Of a stretch of 64,000 nucleotides of DNA, positions 12,312 to 25,185 are shown piece by piece. The DNA is taken from NCBI GenBank assembly GCA_951406725.2, contig OX597820.1:126976001-127040000 (forward strand). Direction: 5' to 3'. The notes beneath the pieces are model-generated. The model made no database searches and was not told the DNA's origin. It saw only the letters and a list, made by a program, of their open reading frames with translations. This DNA comes from Octopus vulgaris. Lineage: Eukaryota. Position 1 is the stretch's first letter. Each line of letters opens with the position of its first letter. A program made the translations under genes and the position numbers.

Positions 12312-13339
12312 CCATTTATGTACGTGTATATGAAAATAATGTGTGTGTTTGAGAGAGAGAGAGAGAGAGAGAGAGAGTGCCACTTACACATACATGCAAA
12401 AAAATTTATACATCACAATACACACCTTCACTCTCTATTTTTCTCTCTTTGTTTCTCTCTCTCCCTCACACATGTCCATTTCATACACACGTACATACAT
12501 CTTTCACTTCCTCCTCTCTTTAACTTTCTACTCTCACTTCAAATCAAATGTCACCTTTTGACTTCCTCCTCTCTTTCAATTTCTGTTCTCTTCAAAGCAT
12601 TAAAAAATTGAAACATTTTTACAGAAATTAACGAACAAACATATGATCCCATATGCTCGAATTAACAACTTTGCTACTTCAAACGAAAGAATGCCAAAAA
12701 ATAAATTCCTTTGACTCACTCGCACACACGCACACTCACACATACACACACTCTGGGTAAAACTTATGTACGAATTATATTATTTCTTGCTGTGTGTATG
12801 CGCAAATTTACTGCTCAAATCCAATTGAGACGACCTTTTTCTATTGTATAATTCGTTTGTGATGAGCATATTTAAAAACCTGATCTTCGATATAAACTTC
12901 AAAGGAAGTTTTCCCCAAAATCCTATCATTTACCTCTTCTTTCTAGCATGCTCGAGGTAATATTTCCGCTCCCCCACCCTTATTTTTTCCTAAATTTCTT
13001 CCGATCCCTAAGTTTGCAATAGAGGAGATTAGGATTTCACCCACAAAAACGCGTTCTCAATATTTTATTTTTCTACCTATCCACACCAAATTCATTTTTT
13101 ACTCTTTTCAAATTTTTTTTCTTAGTAATTCATGGAGAAAAAAACGGAGTGTACGAATCTTTAAGAATTTTACCCATCATCTCACCACTTTCAAAAAGCT
13201 ACACACCCCCAATGTTTAGCTTTTTGGGAAGCAGGGAAATTTCTTCAGAAATAATGTCGTTTCTAGCATGTCGGGTTTCCTGGTGGTGATATCTGGACAA
13301 AATCGTATTAAATCCCTTTCATACGATGAAACAATAGTT

Positions 13340-13537
13340 TCTCATCCTTATTAAGAAAAGAAAGCACTTTCATGCAAACCCACGAAAATTGTACCCTCCC
13401 CACCCTTCACTTTTAAACAAACAATAACTTCCATTATGCCATTGACAATATATCAGCTGCGCCGATTCTGTCCATAAGGAGCAAATAATACAATGTGGCT
13501 CTAGGTCATAACACCCGGGCAACGCCGGGATGCATTG

Positions 13538-13541
<4 letters not shown>
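13340..13541 (+). mobile_element. Helitron 3' terminus (5' extent uncertain)
   Basis: GC hairpin cccgg-gcaacg-ccggg (13514-13529) followed 8 nt later by CTAG|T. Confidence 0.65.
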
Positions 13542-13579
<38 letters not shown>

Positions 13580-13609
13580 GATCCAGTTCTTCACACATAC
13601 TTTATTATT

Positions 13610-14015
13610 CAACTCCCTTTTATCTTATCTTTTACTTATTTCAGTCATTAGAATGGGGCCATGCTGGAGCACCGCCTTGAAGAATGTATAGTCGAATGTA
13701 TCGACCTCAGTACATTTTTTAAGCCTCGTATTTTATCGATATATTTTGCCGAATCGCTAAGTTAAGAGAACATAAACGCACCACCACCGGTTGTCAAGCA
13801 GTGGAGAGGGGACAAACACACACACACACACATATATATATATTTGTATATATATACGACGGGCTTCTTTCAGTTTCCGTCTACCAAATCCACTCACAAT
13901 GCTTTGGTCGGCTCGAGGCTATAGTAGAAGACACTTGTCCAAGATGTCACGCAGTGGGACTGAACCCGGAACCATGTGGTTGGTAAGCAAGCTTCTTACC
14001 ACACAGCCACGCCTG
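13610..14015 (-). mobile_element. tRNA-derived SINE family A (octopus-type)
   Basis: Head ggcgtggctgtgtggtaagaagcttgc..gggttcagtccc, internal TA/TG tract, tail ..tgactgaaa(c/t)aagtaaaaga. More than 12 copies in the window. Confidence 0.85.
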
Positions 14016-14568
14016 AAATAGTGAGATGATTCGACGCTCGTCATTTTAATACGATTTGTACATATTATATATTTAAATATATTGAACCAAATACAGCGAA
14101 GCATCTATTTCAGGTTCCATAAAATGTTTCGTTTCTACTAGACGTCACTAATGAGACGCTAACGACTTCGTTACTGGAAATTCTTTTCAGCTTTAACTCG
14201 AATCAGAGATAAAACTGAATAATTTTGAATAACGAAGATGAATTTAGCAATCGTTAGCCTAACTTACAGTGCATCAAACTGCGGACATCAAAGCGCAACG
14301 GAAAAAATAAAACACAGTGAAAATTAACTCACTCTAAACTTCAGACAAATACCAGATCTGGAACACTAATAAAAAGAAGAAAAACAATTTTCAGAGTTTA
14401 AAGAATATACAGTTGTTGAAATGATGTTAGTAAATATTGGAAATTTCATTTTTATTAGTTATTATTCGTTTCTATTTTGCAATTTTAAATATTAGGTATA
14501 CTGCTTATTGCTAGGTGGCGCCGTAGTCGCACCATTGGAAAATTTGCCTTCATATACTGCATCTAAGG

Positions 14569-14724
14569 CAGGCATGGGCAACTTTGTCGGGAAGCGGACC
14601 GCATCAGGCATGACCCATCATCAGGCAGACCACACTACATCAGGCAGACCACACTGCTAAATTATTCCGGGTAATTTTTCGTTAGGCCTGCCATTTAGAA
14701 AGGGCCACAGTTTGTCCATGACTG
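14569..14724. mobile_element. hAT (Charlie-like) MITE
   Basis: TIR caggcatgggcaa / ttgtccatgactg. 8-bp TSD atctaagg/atctaaag. Confidence 0.7.
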
Positions 14725-14952
14725 ATCTAAAGTAAATCAGTTTGGCGGATTACAAGTTTCTAGTTTCACTTTATCAGGTCAACTTCTCAGAAAGGACTTC
14801 TTTTTTTAAAATATACTGTCCGAAATGCTGGGATTTCCCGCACACAACAAGTAATTTAGTTTTCGCATCGTTAAATATGAGTTTGCCAACACAGTTCATC
14901 GCTAATCTTGAATTTTGTCCCGATTTCCTTTCTCATATAAATATATATATAT

Positions 14953-15263
14953 AGGAGGAGCACTCCGTCGGTTGCGACGACGGGGTTCCCAGCTGATACG
15001 ATCAGTGGAACAGCTTGCTCGTGAAACTAATGTGCAAGTGGCTGAACAATCCACAAACACGTGTAGCCTTAACATAGTTCTCGGAGAGATTCAGCTTGAC
15101 ACAGCGTGTGACAAGGCTGGCCACCTTTGAATTACAGGTACAACTAATTTTTGCCAGCTGAGTGGACTGGAGCAATGTGAAATAAAATGTCTTGCTCAAG
15201 GACACAACGCACAGCCGGGAATCGAACTCACGACCTTACGATCATGAGCCGAATGCCCCTAAC

Positions 15264-15268
<5 letters not shown>
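14953..15268 (-). mobile_element. tRNA-derived SINE family C
   Basis: A/B boxes (agtggttagg..gagttcgattcc) followed by gtccttgagcaagaca. Second copy at 59313-59630. Confidence 0.8.
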
Positions 15269-15339
<71 letters not shown>

Positions 15340-15415
15340 GCAGCGTGGGAGGTGTTTATAAGCCATTTAAGAAACACACAAAAGCCGTTCGATTCACTCC
15401 AACATTTAAGTTTAA

Positions 15416-15465
15416 TTTGTCAAAATATTTTCGTCGCTAAAATCCGCGACCTGTTCACTGACAAA
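15416..15465 (-). ncRNA. Type-I hammerhead ribozyme motif with G3-C8 core swap
   Basis: tttgtca GTGAACA G gtcgc-ggatttta-gcgac GAA AATATT T tgacaaa. 7-bp stem I, 5-bp stem II. Confidence 0.65.
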
Positions 15466-15471
15466 GTCCGT

Positions 15472-15511
<40 letters not shown>

Positions 15512-15566
15512 TATATATATATATAAACACACACATATCTAAACACACACACGTATCTAAAACACA

Positions 15567-15644
<78 letters not shown>

Positions 15645-16267
15645 TGGTCTTAACTAATTGACACATAAGTGTTTTGACCACGGGCCGTAAACCTCTCTGT
15701 CGGTTAGATACTTGATATATTAATATATTATCCACTCAGTTATCTACTTTTCGACTGATAAAAAGAGACAACGAGAATACAACCAAGAAATGCAGTAGAT
15801 GAGTGCTTGTACATTTTATTCATTAATTTATCTTAATTTATTTCTTAATGAAGATATAAATGATGAGACAAGGCTATAATCAACTTCAGCACTTTATCAT
15901 CCAGCGCTTCGTTGTATTTTATTCAAAATAACTTTCTGCATTTTGGAGGTGTAATTGCCAGACAAGTGATTTCATCTGAGACCTTGTATTGAAGACTAAA
16001 ACGTTGAAGACAACATGTTAGCTATTCCGAACACATAGAGACTGTTAACTTCACTTAAACATTTATTACTTGTTATATGGTGTCAAACTACGACCCGTTC
16101 GTTGACAAGGTTACACTTTCTTCGTTACATCACATTCATTCACTTCAACAAAAGTAATTTTATATTCTGTTAAACAAAATATACTTTTTTCTTTCACAGA
16201 AAATTTACAATATCAGTGATGTGTTTCTAGTCCTTTGTTTATGTTTCTGGTTTTTCAAACATGAATA

Positions 16268-16490
16268 CAGTACCGTGCAAAAGCCTTCAGCCACTTTAAA
16301 CTGTTGTAAATTTCTAATAATTGCCAACTTATAAGTGGATGTTTCGCATTGCATTTTTTACAGATGAAATATTGGCCCTGTTGGAGTCATTTCCATACCT
16401 AATCCTTATACTTTGTAGTAGGGGTTCTGAATGAGAGGGGAAGATGCGAGACAACTACCAAAAATGACCGTGCAAAAGTTTTCGGCCACC
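16268..16490. mobile_element. Orphan Tc1-like terminus with internal direct repeat
   Basis: TA|cagtaccgtgcaaaagccttcagccac, repeated as accgtgcaaaagttttcggccac at 16467. No partner end found. Confidence 0.4.
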
Positions 16491-16959
16491 TCGGATAAAC
16501 CATTCAAGGCCCAGTGTTTTAAAACAGAAAAAGAGTCTCTAATGAAAATTTATTACATAATTTTCATTTCAAGAAGTTACTGCACATTATTATAAAACGT
16601 TGTTGCGTTTATATAATCATGACCTTATGTTATGCCATACTAAAGTTATAAAGAGCTTCATGCGATCCAAATCTGACAAGCTGCTTAAGCTTGTAGGTCG
16701 AATGTTTTTGTTTAATAATGGATTTCCCCATCCCCAACCCGTAAGAAACTCTTGCGTGTCATTAAAATGGAGAACAGCTAAAGGTCAAGTCCAATAATAA
16801 AGACAGGTTGGCCATCAGTAGAGTGACTCGATGGATTTCCTTATGCGACTTCCATGGCGTAGTTGTGAATTCTTGTTACATTGGAAAGGATCAAACAAAT
16901 CTCTGATACAAGACTATGGTACGACTGGAACAACATTATCCAATACGGCCTTTTCTTCC

Positions 16960-17190
16960 TGAGACTGTGAAACTAACTACTCATCCCCACAACTAGGAAA
17001 AACTACAATTGTTATAGACATTTCCTACTTCAACAGGAAAGTTCCTGTCAAGATTAGAGACATTTTGCCTCCTCAAGTGGAAGGTTCCTGCAAAAGTCAT
17101 AGCCACTTCCTTCCTCAATTAAGAGGGTCTGAAAAATCTATAAGCACTTCTCTTCTCCAACTGAGCGGTTCCTACAAAAGTTATAGACCA
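16960..17190. repeat. Degenerate ~42-bp minisatellite (about 5 units)
   Basis: Units resembling gttatagacatttcctcctcaactggaaggttcctgcaaaa. Confidence 0.6.
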
Positions 17191-17279
17191 TGCATAGGCA
17201 AGAAGCGGGTCCTATGAGATATGGCTTATCATCAGTTGGACCAACTACACAAAAATTCGTGGTGATTTTTCGTTTGGTG

Positions 17280-17524
17280 CAGTGGCGGCTCATAGACAAA
17301 AGGAATTGGGGTGCTGCTTCAGAAAATTTTTAGCCGTTGTTTTAATATTGTGTAAAAGGAAACAAATATATAAAAAGAGAATTTATACTTAAGGACTATA
17401 TAATGTACAAGTATAAAGAAAGAATTAAAGAAAAAAGGACTCATTATATTGAATGTTATTGATAATATTGAGTGGAAATAGGGGGTGCTGCAGTTCAGCA
17501 GTGCTTCTACACAAGCCGCCACTG
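17280..17524. mobile_element. hAT-like MITE nested in a decayed copy of the 14569 family
   Basis: TIR cagtggcggct / agccgccactg. 8-bp TSD gtttggtg/gttaggtg. Confidence 0.75.
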
Positions 17525-18568
17525 GTTAGGTGTGTCAGTCAGAAAGTCTTGCAGAGTGCAGTTCGCCCTTACGGTAGAAAACATAGACGCATCTTAATTA
17601 GAAAAGCTTACAAAGGCCTTACACTCATCTCTCATCTTAACTATGTCATTTACGTTAAAGTAAATTATTTCTCTTCCTTCACTGTAAAAGTTCTTTTTAC
17701 AATTATCTCTTTATAATCATTAAATTCTTTAGGAAAATTAAAACGTATTTACGTGTGTGAACGGGGTGTAGGGCTTCGGAGAAGAATTTCATCTGGGGTT
17801 ACAAAATCCCTTACAGTTCTTTTTCTTTCCCTTCTGTGAATGGCAGTCTTCAATATATACAAAACATTCATCAGGGAGAGCAGGAGATATTCCCAGGTCC
17901 GGGTACGTCGTAATCCTGGACTCATTTTTCAAAGACCTTACACATATCTGTATGCGTTTGTGTCTGTGTTTGTACGTGAGAGGGGGAAGAGAGATGGGGA
18001 AGAGATAAATGGGGGAGAATAAGTTTGAGGTTAAGAATTTGAGTGAATGAGAATTCCAGCATCATAGGTTTACGTATATAAAATTAGATTATAGTAGTGG
18101 CGATGATGGTGATGGTAGATCTCCGTCATCCGACGATGAAGATTTTGTTGTTCGATCAACTGAATTTATCTTCTCCTGAATTAAAGTCTTACAATTGCTA
18201 ATTAATCATTTTTGATAGTCAATCGGCGCAGGCGTGAATCTGTGGTCAGAAGTTTGCTCTCAACCACATGGTTCTGACCTCAGTACCACTCCGTGGCAAC
18301 TTGGGCTGGTGTCTTCTACTGTAGCCTCGGGATGACCAAAGCCTTGTGAGTGAATTTGCTAGACGGAAACTGAAAAAAGCCCATCGTATGAGAGTAAATG
18401 ACAGAGTAATATAAATGAGAATTCTGTTTTATTTAATTATATTTTATGGAGATAAATATTTCTTTTGATAATCAGTTTTCGTTTCATCATTTTCTACAAG
18501 AGCCGGCAAAAGTATATTTCCAAAACACTTTTGTAAAATATATTATAATAATAATACATACATAGACA

Positions 18569-19785
18569 TAGACATGCAGGGAGTAAATAGTCACCTTTAA
18601 TTTTCAAAATCTTTTATTTAATACACAAAGCGAACACTTGAAATGTAATCGATAGGTAGGACTACATACTTTTGTATTTAGGTGACATTCCCTTTGCAAT
18701 TTTTAGTTCAGAAACTCTTTTTGGCATTGAACTTATGAGCTTTGTGATTGTCTCTTGTGGAATTTCTGCCCACTTTTCATGCAACAATCGAAACAATTCA
18801 TCTTTAGATTTAGGTTTCTGTCGAGTTTTTCGTATAGCTCTATCTAGTATACTCCAAATATTTTCAATTGGGTTCATGTCAGGAGATTAGCTCGGCCAAG
18901 GAAGCTTTTTGATCTCATTTTCAACCAGCCATTGTTGATTCCTTTTGGCTATGTGGCATGGAGCCCCATCTTCCATGAATAAAAACTCATTTTTCGTTAT
19001 GTTATCGTGTGAATATATCGGAAGTAGTCCTATTTCGATGTATTTTTGAGAGTTTATGGTTCCAACAGCTCCCCATACCATTACAGAGATACCGCCATTT
19101 TCGCAGTTGATTGGAGTCGTTTCAAATCAAATTCTTGATTTGGAAGCCTCCAGACCCAAACACGTCCACTGTCAGAAAATAATGCAAATCTAGATTCATC
19201 TGCGAAAATTACTCTATCCCAAAATGAATTGGATTTTTCTGACATCTCCTTAACCCATTTCTTTCTTTTCGTGTTATTAGTTGGTTGAAGGGGAGGTTTT
19301 CTTATAGTTGCTCGTCCATAATACCCAAGCTTATGCAGATATGTAACACACGTTCTTGGATTAACTTCTGGCTGTTTTGCAATGTCAGAAGCCTTCGAAC
19401 GGGGTTCGTTTTCCACAAATCTCTTCAAACAGCGAAGCTTCCTTTTCGAAGGCCCAAGTCGGCCGGGCGAGAATCTGTTGATTCTTTTCCTTGGCTTTCG
19501 AATGACACTATAATTCTGTTAACAGTAGCAAGAGGAATTTGAAGATTTTCGGCAATTTTTCGCTGGCTAAGACCAGCCTCAGATTGCCCAACAATACGAA
19601 AATCTGATAGTTCTGCTGAATTTTTTGTGCGTGGCATGGTTACTCTTCGCAAATGTTTAATATAATGGCATCTGGAAAGAAAAATTATGATTGCATTGTA
19701 AATTCTACACCAATGAAAACATATTAAGACGCTTAGATCAGAAATTTGGAAAATTAAAGGTGTCTATTTACTTCCTGCATGTCTG
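18569..19785 (-). mobile_element. Tc1 (DD34E-type) transposon with frameshifted transposase
   Basis: About 40-bp TIRs (agacatgcagg(g/a)agtaaatag(t/a)cacctttaatttt). ORF pieces contain [34 protein letters not shown] and SPDMNPIENIW. Confidence 0.93.
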
Positions 19786-19878
19786 TGTATATACATAGAT
19801 ATATACATGTGCGTGCGTGTGTGCGTGTGTGTGCGTGTGTGTGTCTGTGTGTCTGTGTGTGTGTGTGTGTGTGTCTGT

Positions 19879-19932
<54 letters not shown>

Positions 19933-20339
19933 CGCAGGATCTCCCAAATCTAGACACCAATATCTAAGCATAATCTAAGCATAATCTTTCAGATTCTACA
20001 AGAAGCAGAGACCATTAATTACTTTCCTTCTCAATTAACTTCCAATCGCGAACATGATGTCACAAACCAAAAACAAACCTAAAAGAGACGAATGGACAGA
20101 ACATCTGGTAAACAACGTCCTCGAACAATGTACAAGGAAAAGGATAACTTTAATCAATATCTATGAAACAAATTCAATACTATAAAATATATTAACCAAA
20201 TAAATTGCTTATTAAAAGTGAAACTATAAAATACAAAGAGAAACAGAATTAACTTAAATCAAAAGATTATATATATAAATATATATATATATGTACATAT
20301 ATACACATCTATAGTTTAAAAAATAACTAATAACACGTC

Positions 20340-21050
20340 CTAGCTACAAAGAAACTAAATAATCCACTATAATTAAACGGCTAACGAGCTTGTTATTTGG
20401 GAGCAACTCAACCTTAATTATAGAACAAATATCTATATATACATGCACGTGGGCGTGTGTATGCGCGCGCGCGCGCGTGTGTGTGTGTGTAAACACCAAA
20501 TAATGTATAAAGATATCATTATTATTTCGAAAATTGTCTGAAAAGCCATTTCTATTTATTTTTTTAAATATGTACACATGTATGTATGTATGTATGTATG
20601 TATGTATGTATGTATGTATGTATGTATGTATATTTTCTAGTAATGGCTTGGCGCGTTGTGATAAGGTGGCATCATATCTTTTTCCTGTAAATGCGGAATG
20701 AGTGTATGTGTTTATAATATACACTTTCGAATGTATAAGCAGTAAGGCAAGTATATAACAGTGAGACAATTAGATTCGAGGAGTTAGTGTTGATGGTGGC
20801 GGAGTAGGATACTTCTTTCGCTAAGCATTTACCAACTAAAAGACAGTATTCAGGCTGGAGCAATTGCATGTACGCTGATTGGTATTTCGTGTAGAAAGTA
20901 CTTGATTGTTTATGCTTTCTAATATTTGTAGGAAGTAGATTGTGGTGGAGTAAGATTATTCTTCGTTTTTCTTTCTATTGAGAAATTTGCAGTATTTGTG
21001 TTTGGTGGAAAATGGTTTTTGTAGGAGGTTAGAGAATATTTTAGTGTGAG
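20340..21050 (-). mobile_element. Penelope-like GIY-YIG fragment broken by microsatellites
   Basis: KHKYCKFLNRK..SYS, RTCNC..YCLLVGKCLAKEVSYSATI..YTCLT..F..Y..H..SFR. Confidence 0.7.
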
Positions 21051-21143
21051 TATATATATATATATATACATACATACATACATACATACATGCATACATA
21101 CATACATACATACATGCGTACATACATACATACACATACATAT

Positions 21144-21194
<51 letters not shown>

Positions 21195-21198
<4 letters not shown>

Positions 21199-21600
21199 TA
21201 AAAGGCCTCCAAATAAAGAAGCGAGTGCTAGATACACAAAAGGGGGATAAATTCATGAAATGGAATGAAAATGAAAAACGTTTACCATCTCATCTAATCC
21301 TGTACTGCAGTTTCATCTTTTTTTTTGCAAATGAATAGAATTTATCTGCCAAGGCCAGAATCGTCAGCAGGAAGCCTTTGTAATCCGAGGTGTACATACC
21401 GTTGGAAGCACGTGCAAATCCAACGACCTGTATACCCTAACTTTTCAGACCAGTGCGCAGACGCAAATTATACCCGGCGAACAGAGAGAATGCCGGTAAA
21501 AATTTACGAGCAAATTTATCGAGCAATATTTAAACATTGTAAATAGGGTAATAAAAATAAATTCCAGCACTCGCTTCTTTATTTGGAGGCCTTTTAATGT
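21195..21600 (-). mobile_element. Pseudo-LTR-like cassette bounded by 35-bp perfect inverted repeats, next to (TA)n
   Basis: acattaaaaggcctccaaataaagaagcgagtgct at 21195-21229 and its reverse complement at 21566-21600. Contains a hammerhead motif. Confidence 0.75.
21298..21372 (-). ncRNA. Type-I hammerhead ribozyme motif with long stem II
   Basis: tcctg CTGACGA [tct..gcagataaat-tct-attcatttgc..aga] GAAA CTGCAG TA cagga. Confidence 0.65.
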
Positions 21601-21686
21601 ATTTATATATGAATAACGCATAGTCTAATGACTAATTCGTCTTTTGTGCTAGGTCACTGGTAATAACAATTTATTTTTATTACTAT

Positions 21687-21723
<37 letters not shown>

Positions 21724-21863
21724 CGTGATCACCGTGACCGACCAGACCATCAGATGATGTTACACATCGCTGGTCACAATGCGCTTCGCATTGTCTTAGC
21801 CTTCAAATGACGCCACCCCGCTACACACACACACACACAAACTCGCTCGCATATATATGTATA

Positions 21864-22265
21864 GGGCGGCGAGCTGGCAGATACATTAGCATGCCGGGCG
21901 AAATACTTAGTGGTATTTCGTTTGCTGTTGCGTTCCGAGTTCAAATTCTGCCGTGGTCGACTTTGCCTTTCATCCTTTCGGGGTCGATAAATTAAGTACC
22001 AGTTACGTACTGGGGTCGATGTAATCGACTCAATCCGTTTGTCTGTCCTTGTTTGTCCCCTCTGTATTTAGTACCTTGTGGGTGGTAAAGAAATAGGTAT
22101 TTCGTTTGCCGTTACGTTCTGAGTTCAAATTCCGCCGAGGTCGACTTTGCTTTTCATCTTTTTGGGGTCGATTAAATAAGTACCAGTTACCTACTGGAGT
22201 CGATGTAATCGACTTAATCCCTTTGTTTGTCCCCTCTATGTGTTGCTTCCTGTGGGGAATGAAGA
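21864..22265 (+). mobile_element. SINE family B (Nin/Deu-like core), tandem dimer
   Basis: ggcggcgagctggcaga..gagttcaaattc..gcctttcatcctttcggggtcgataaattaagtaccag. The second unit lacks the head. Confidence 0.85.
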
Positions 22266-22564
22266 AATATATATACATATATATATATGCACGAATTTTA
22301 TATTCCTGGGAGACTAACATGTATATATACAAAAAATATAATAGGGAAGTCGCAAATCCTGCAAATCACACTAAATAAAGCAATAATCAACAAGATTAAT
22401 AAGAAAAGTCCGTCAGTGAAGTTGAAATCACAGCTGCCCAAATGGAAATAAGGGGGGGGGGGTGAGGCGATTGATGGAATCTCAGTCGGCGACTTGGAAA
22501 TGCTTTCATTCGCTCGAACCAGCTTCACTTCCTTCACTCCCCACCTCATTTCCTTCCTCATCCT

Positions 22565-22743
22565 ATCTATGTATGTATGTGTGTATGTATGTGTGTATGT
22601 GTGTATGTAGGTATGTATGTATGTATATATGTATGTGTATGCGTGTGTGTGTGTATGTATGTATGTGTATGCGTGTGTGTGTGTATGTATGTATGTGTAT
22701 GCGTGTATGTATGTATGTATGTGTATGCGTTTGTGTGTATGTA

Positions 22744-22779
<36 letters not shown>

Positions 22780-23301
22780 CATGTATGTATGTATGTGTGT
22801 ATGTTTGTATGTGTGTATGTATGTATGTATGTGTGTGTGTATGTATGTATGTATGTGTGTATGTGTGTATGTATGTGTGTATGTGTGTATATGTGTGTGT
22901 ATGTATGTACGTACGTACGTACGTACGTATGTAAGTATTTGTGTGTATATAATATGTATATATGAATGTATTTCACACACACACAGCTGTTTCCGTATCT
23001 CGGAGTTCTAACAGCGGAGTTTTACTCTCACCAAGACCAAATGTATTTTCATATAATTTCAGATAATTCCATAATTTCCTTTAATTTCACGTAATCCTAT
23101 AGAATTAATTAACTTTGCCGCGTGGTTTATGACTTAATTATTGACATTTGTAGAGTTAATTTCTATCGATACAATTGATGTAGCGAGTAAAGATAATGTG
23201 TAAAAGGATGGTTCCGAATGGTTCTGGGAGTCAGGGAGGCTCTTCATTCTTCGAATTCTTGCAAAACAGAATATTTATGCATTCATGAACGTTTGAGTAT
23301 A

Positions 23302-23351
<50 letters not shown>

Positions 23352-23526
23352 TGTGTGTGAATGTGTGTGTGTATTTGCCTATCTGTGTCTGTGCGCGTGC
23401 GCGCGTATGAGTATATGGGCGTGTGTGTATGTATGTCTATGTCTGCGTATGTGTGACTGCATGTATGTGTATGTATATGTATTTATGTATATGTATATAG
23501 ATACATACGTACATATGTATGCATAG

Positions 23527-23594
<68 letters not shown>

Positions 23595-23738
23595 ATATAC
23601 ACACACACACACATATATATATCGATATATGCATGCGTAAGTATGTTGTATTTGCGTATGCAGATGTTCATACATTCATGAGTATATGCATATATGTGTG
23701 TGTGTGTATCTCTCAATATATCTATCTATCTATTTATC

Positions 23739-23819
<81 letters not shown>

Positions 23820-23830
23820 CGATAGATAGA
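22565..23830. repeat. Compound TG/TATG/TA/GATA microsatellite fields
   Basis: Direct inspection. Interrupted by unique sequence at about 22985-23300. Confidence 0.9.
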
Positions 23831-24671
23831 TGCACACACATACACATACATACATACTTACATACATACATACGCGCACAGAAGCATACATATACGCATG
23901 CATACATAAATATATGTACGCATGCATATATACATGAATATATGTATGAGTAGATGTTTTAGATATGTTTGTTCGCGCGCGCGTAGGTGTACAAATATAT
24001 ATTTGTATAAATATATAGATACGTGTGTACATTCATATGTATATATGCATGTATACAAGCGTTGTATACACCCATATATATATATATATCCATGCACATC
24101 TGTATGAAGGCATGTACGCATGCATTATCCATGAATGTATTATGTGGGCGTATAGTTATGTAACAACGCATGCTTGTATGTCCACATGCAAGTATTATGT
24201 ATCAAACCTATCCTGTTTATTGACTGTGTGCTTGTGCATACGATATATATACATTTACGCGTGTTTATAGACTGGAGTAAACATTTAAAGATAAGGAATC
24301 AAGTTCAAATGCAGAATTTATCAATTACAGATAACTCAGTCTGTGTGGAGGGGGGGTGAGTGTGTGTGTGATTAAAGTGCGAACCTGTGGAGCAGATGAA
24401 AAGAAGAAAAGGAGGAGGGAGGAAGAGGAGGAGGAGGAGACGAAAAAGAGTTGGAAGAGGGAGAAGATGAGAGGAGGGGGAGGGGTGAAGAAGAAGAAGA
24501 AGAAGAAGAAGAAGAAGAAGAAGAAGAAGAAGAAGAAGAAGAAGAAGAAGAAGAAGAATGTCGACGTGTACAGAGAAGGATCAGAACAAGAACATCAAGA
24601 ATGTGAAGAAAATAGGCGAAATATTAGAAGGGAAAAGAAATAGAAGACAGCTACCAGCAGAATAAGGAATA

Positions 24672-25150
24672 TACGGTAAATCCTCGAGTATAGTCTGCCC
24701 CTGAGTATAATACGCAGGGGATTTTTAGGGGGCTGTACCTCTGAAAAACCTAAATCTTGTGTATAACCTTCTCTAACTTGAGTCAAGCAGGTCTATATAA
24801 CGTCCTTGGTTTGTAAAAATGTATACGGTAACCTCCTTTATTATTATTGTATATATAACATAATGCAAACGTGTAGCTTTTTTGTGTATTTTGTTTGCAG
24901 AAAATAAAGAAATAACAGTAATAACGTTTAATAAATGCTGCTTACTGCAAGTTATGGATGATTCTTTTATGACTTCATTGCTTTCTGGCTTAGCTTAAGG
25001 TATTTTCGCGTCCAACATCACAAAATACGTCTGAATAAACATTGCCGGACAGCAAATAGAAACTCGGACATTGCTTAGAAAATATTTTTCCTTTCTAACC
25101 TCGTATATAGTACGCACTAGGGATTTTGACCTTTAAATTTTGGGAAATTT
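24672..25150. mobile_element. Possible Tc2/pogo-like non-autonomous fragment
   Basis: TA|cggtaaatcctcgagtata terminus with repeated gtata..tacgca subterminal motifs. Confidence 0.35.
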
Positions 25151-25185
25151 GTAGTAGAAATTTGTCTGAAACTACTTATAATAAT

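Noticed and set aside
14505-14525. CTCF-like motif gctaggtggcgcc
   Set aside because: A single partial match that cannot be supported from sequence alone.
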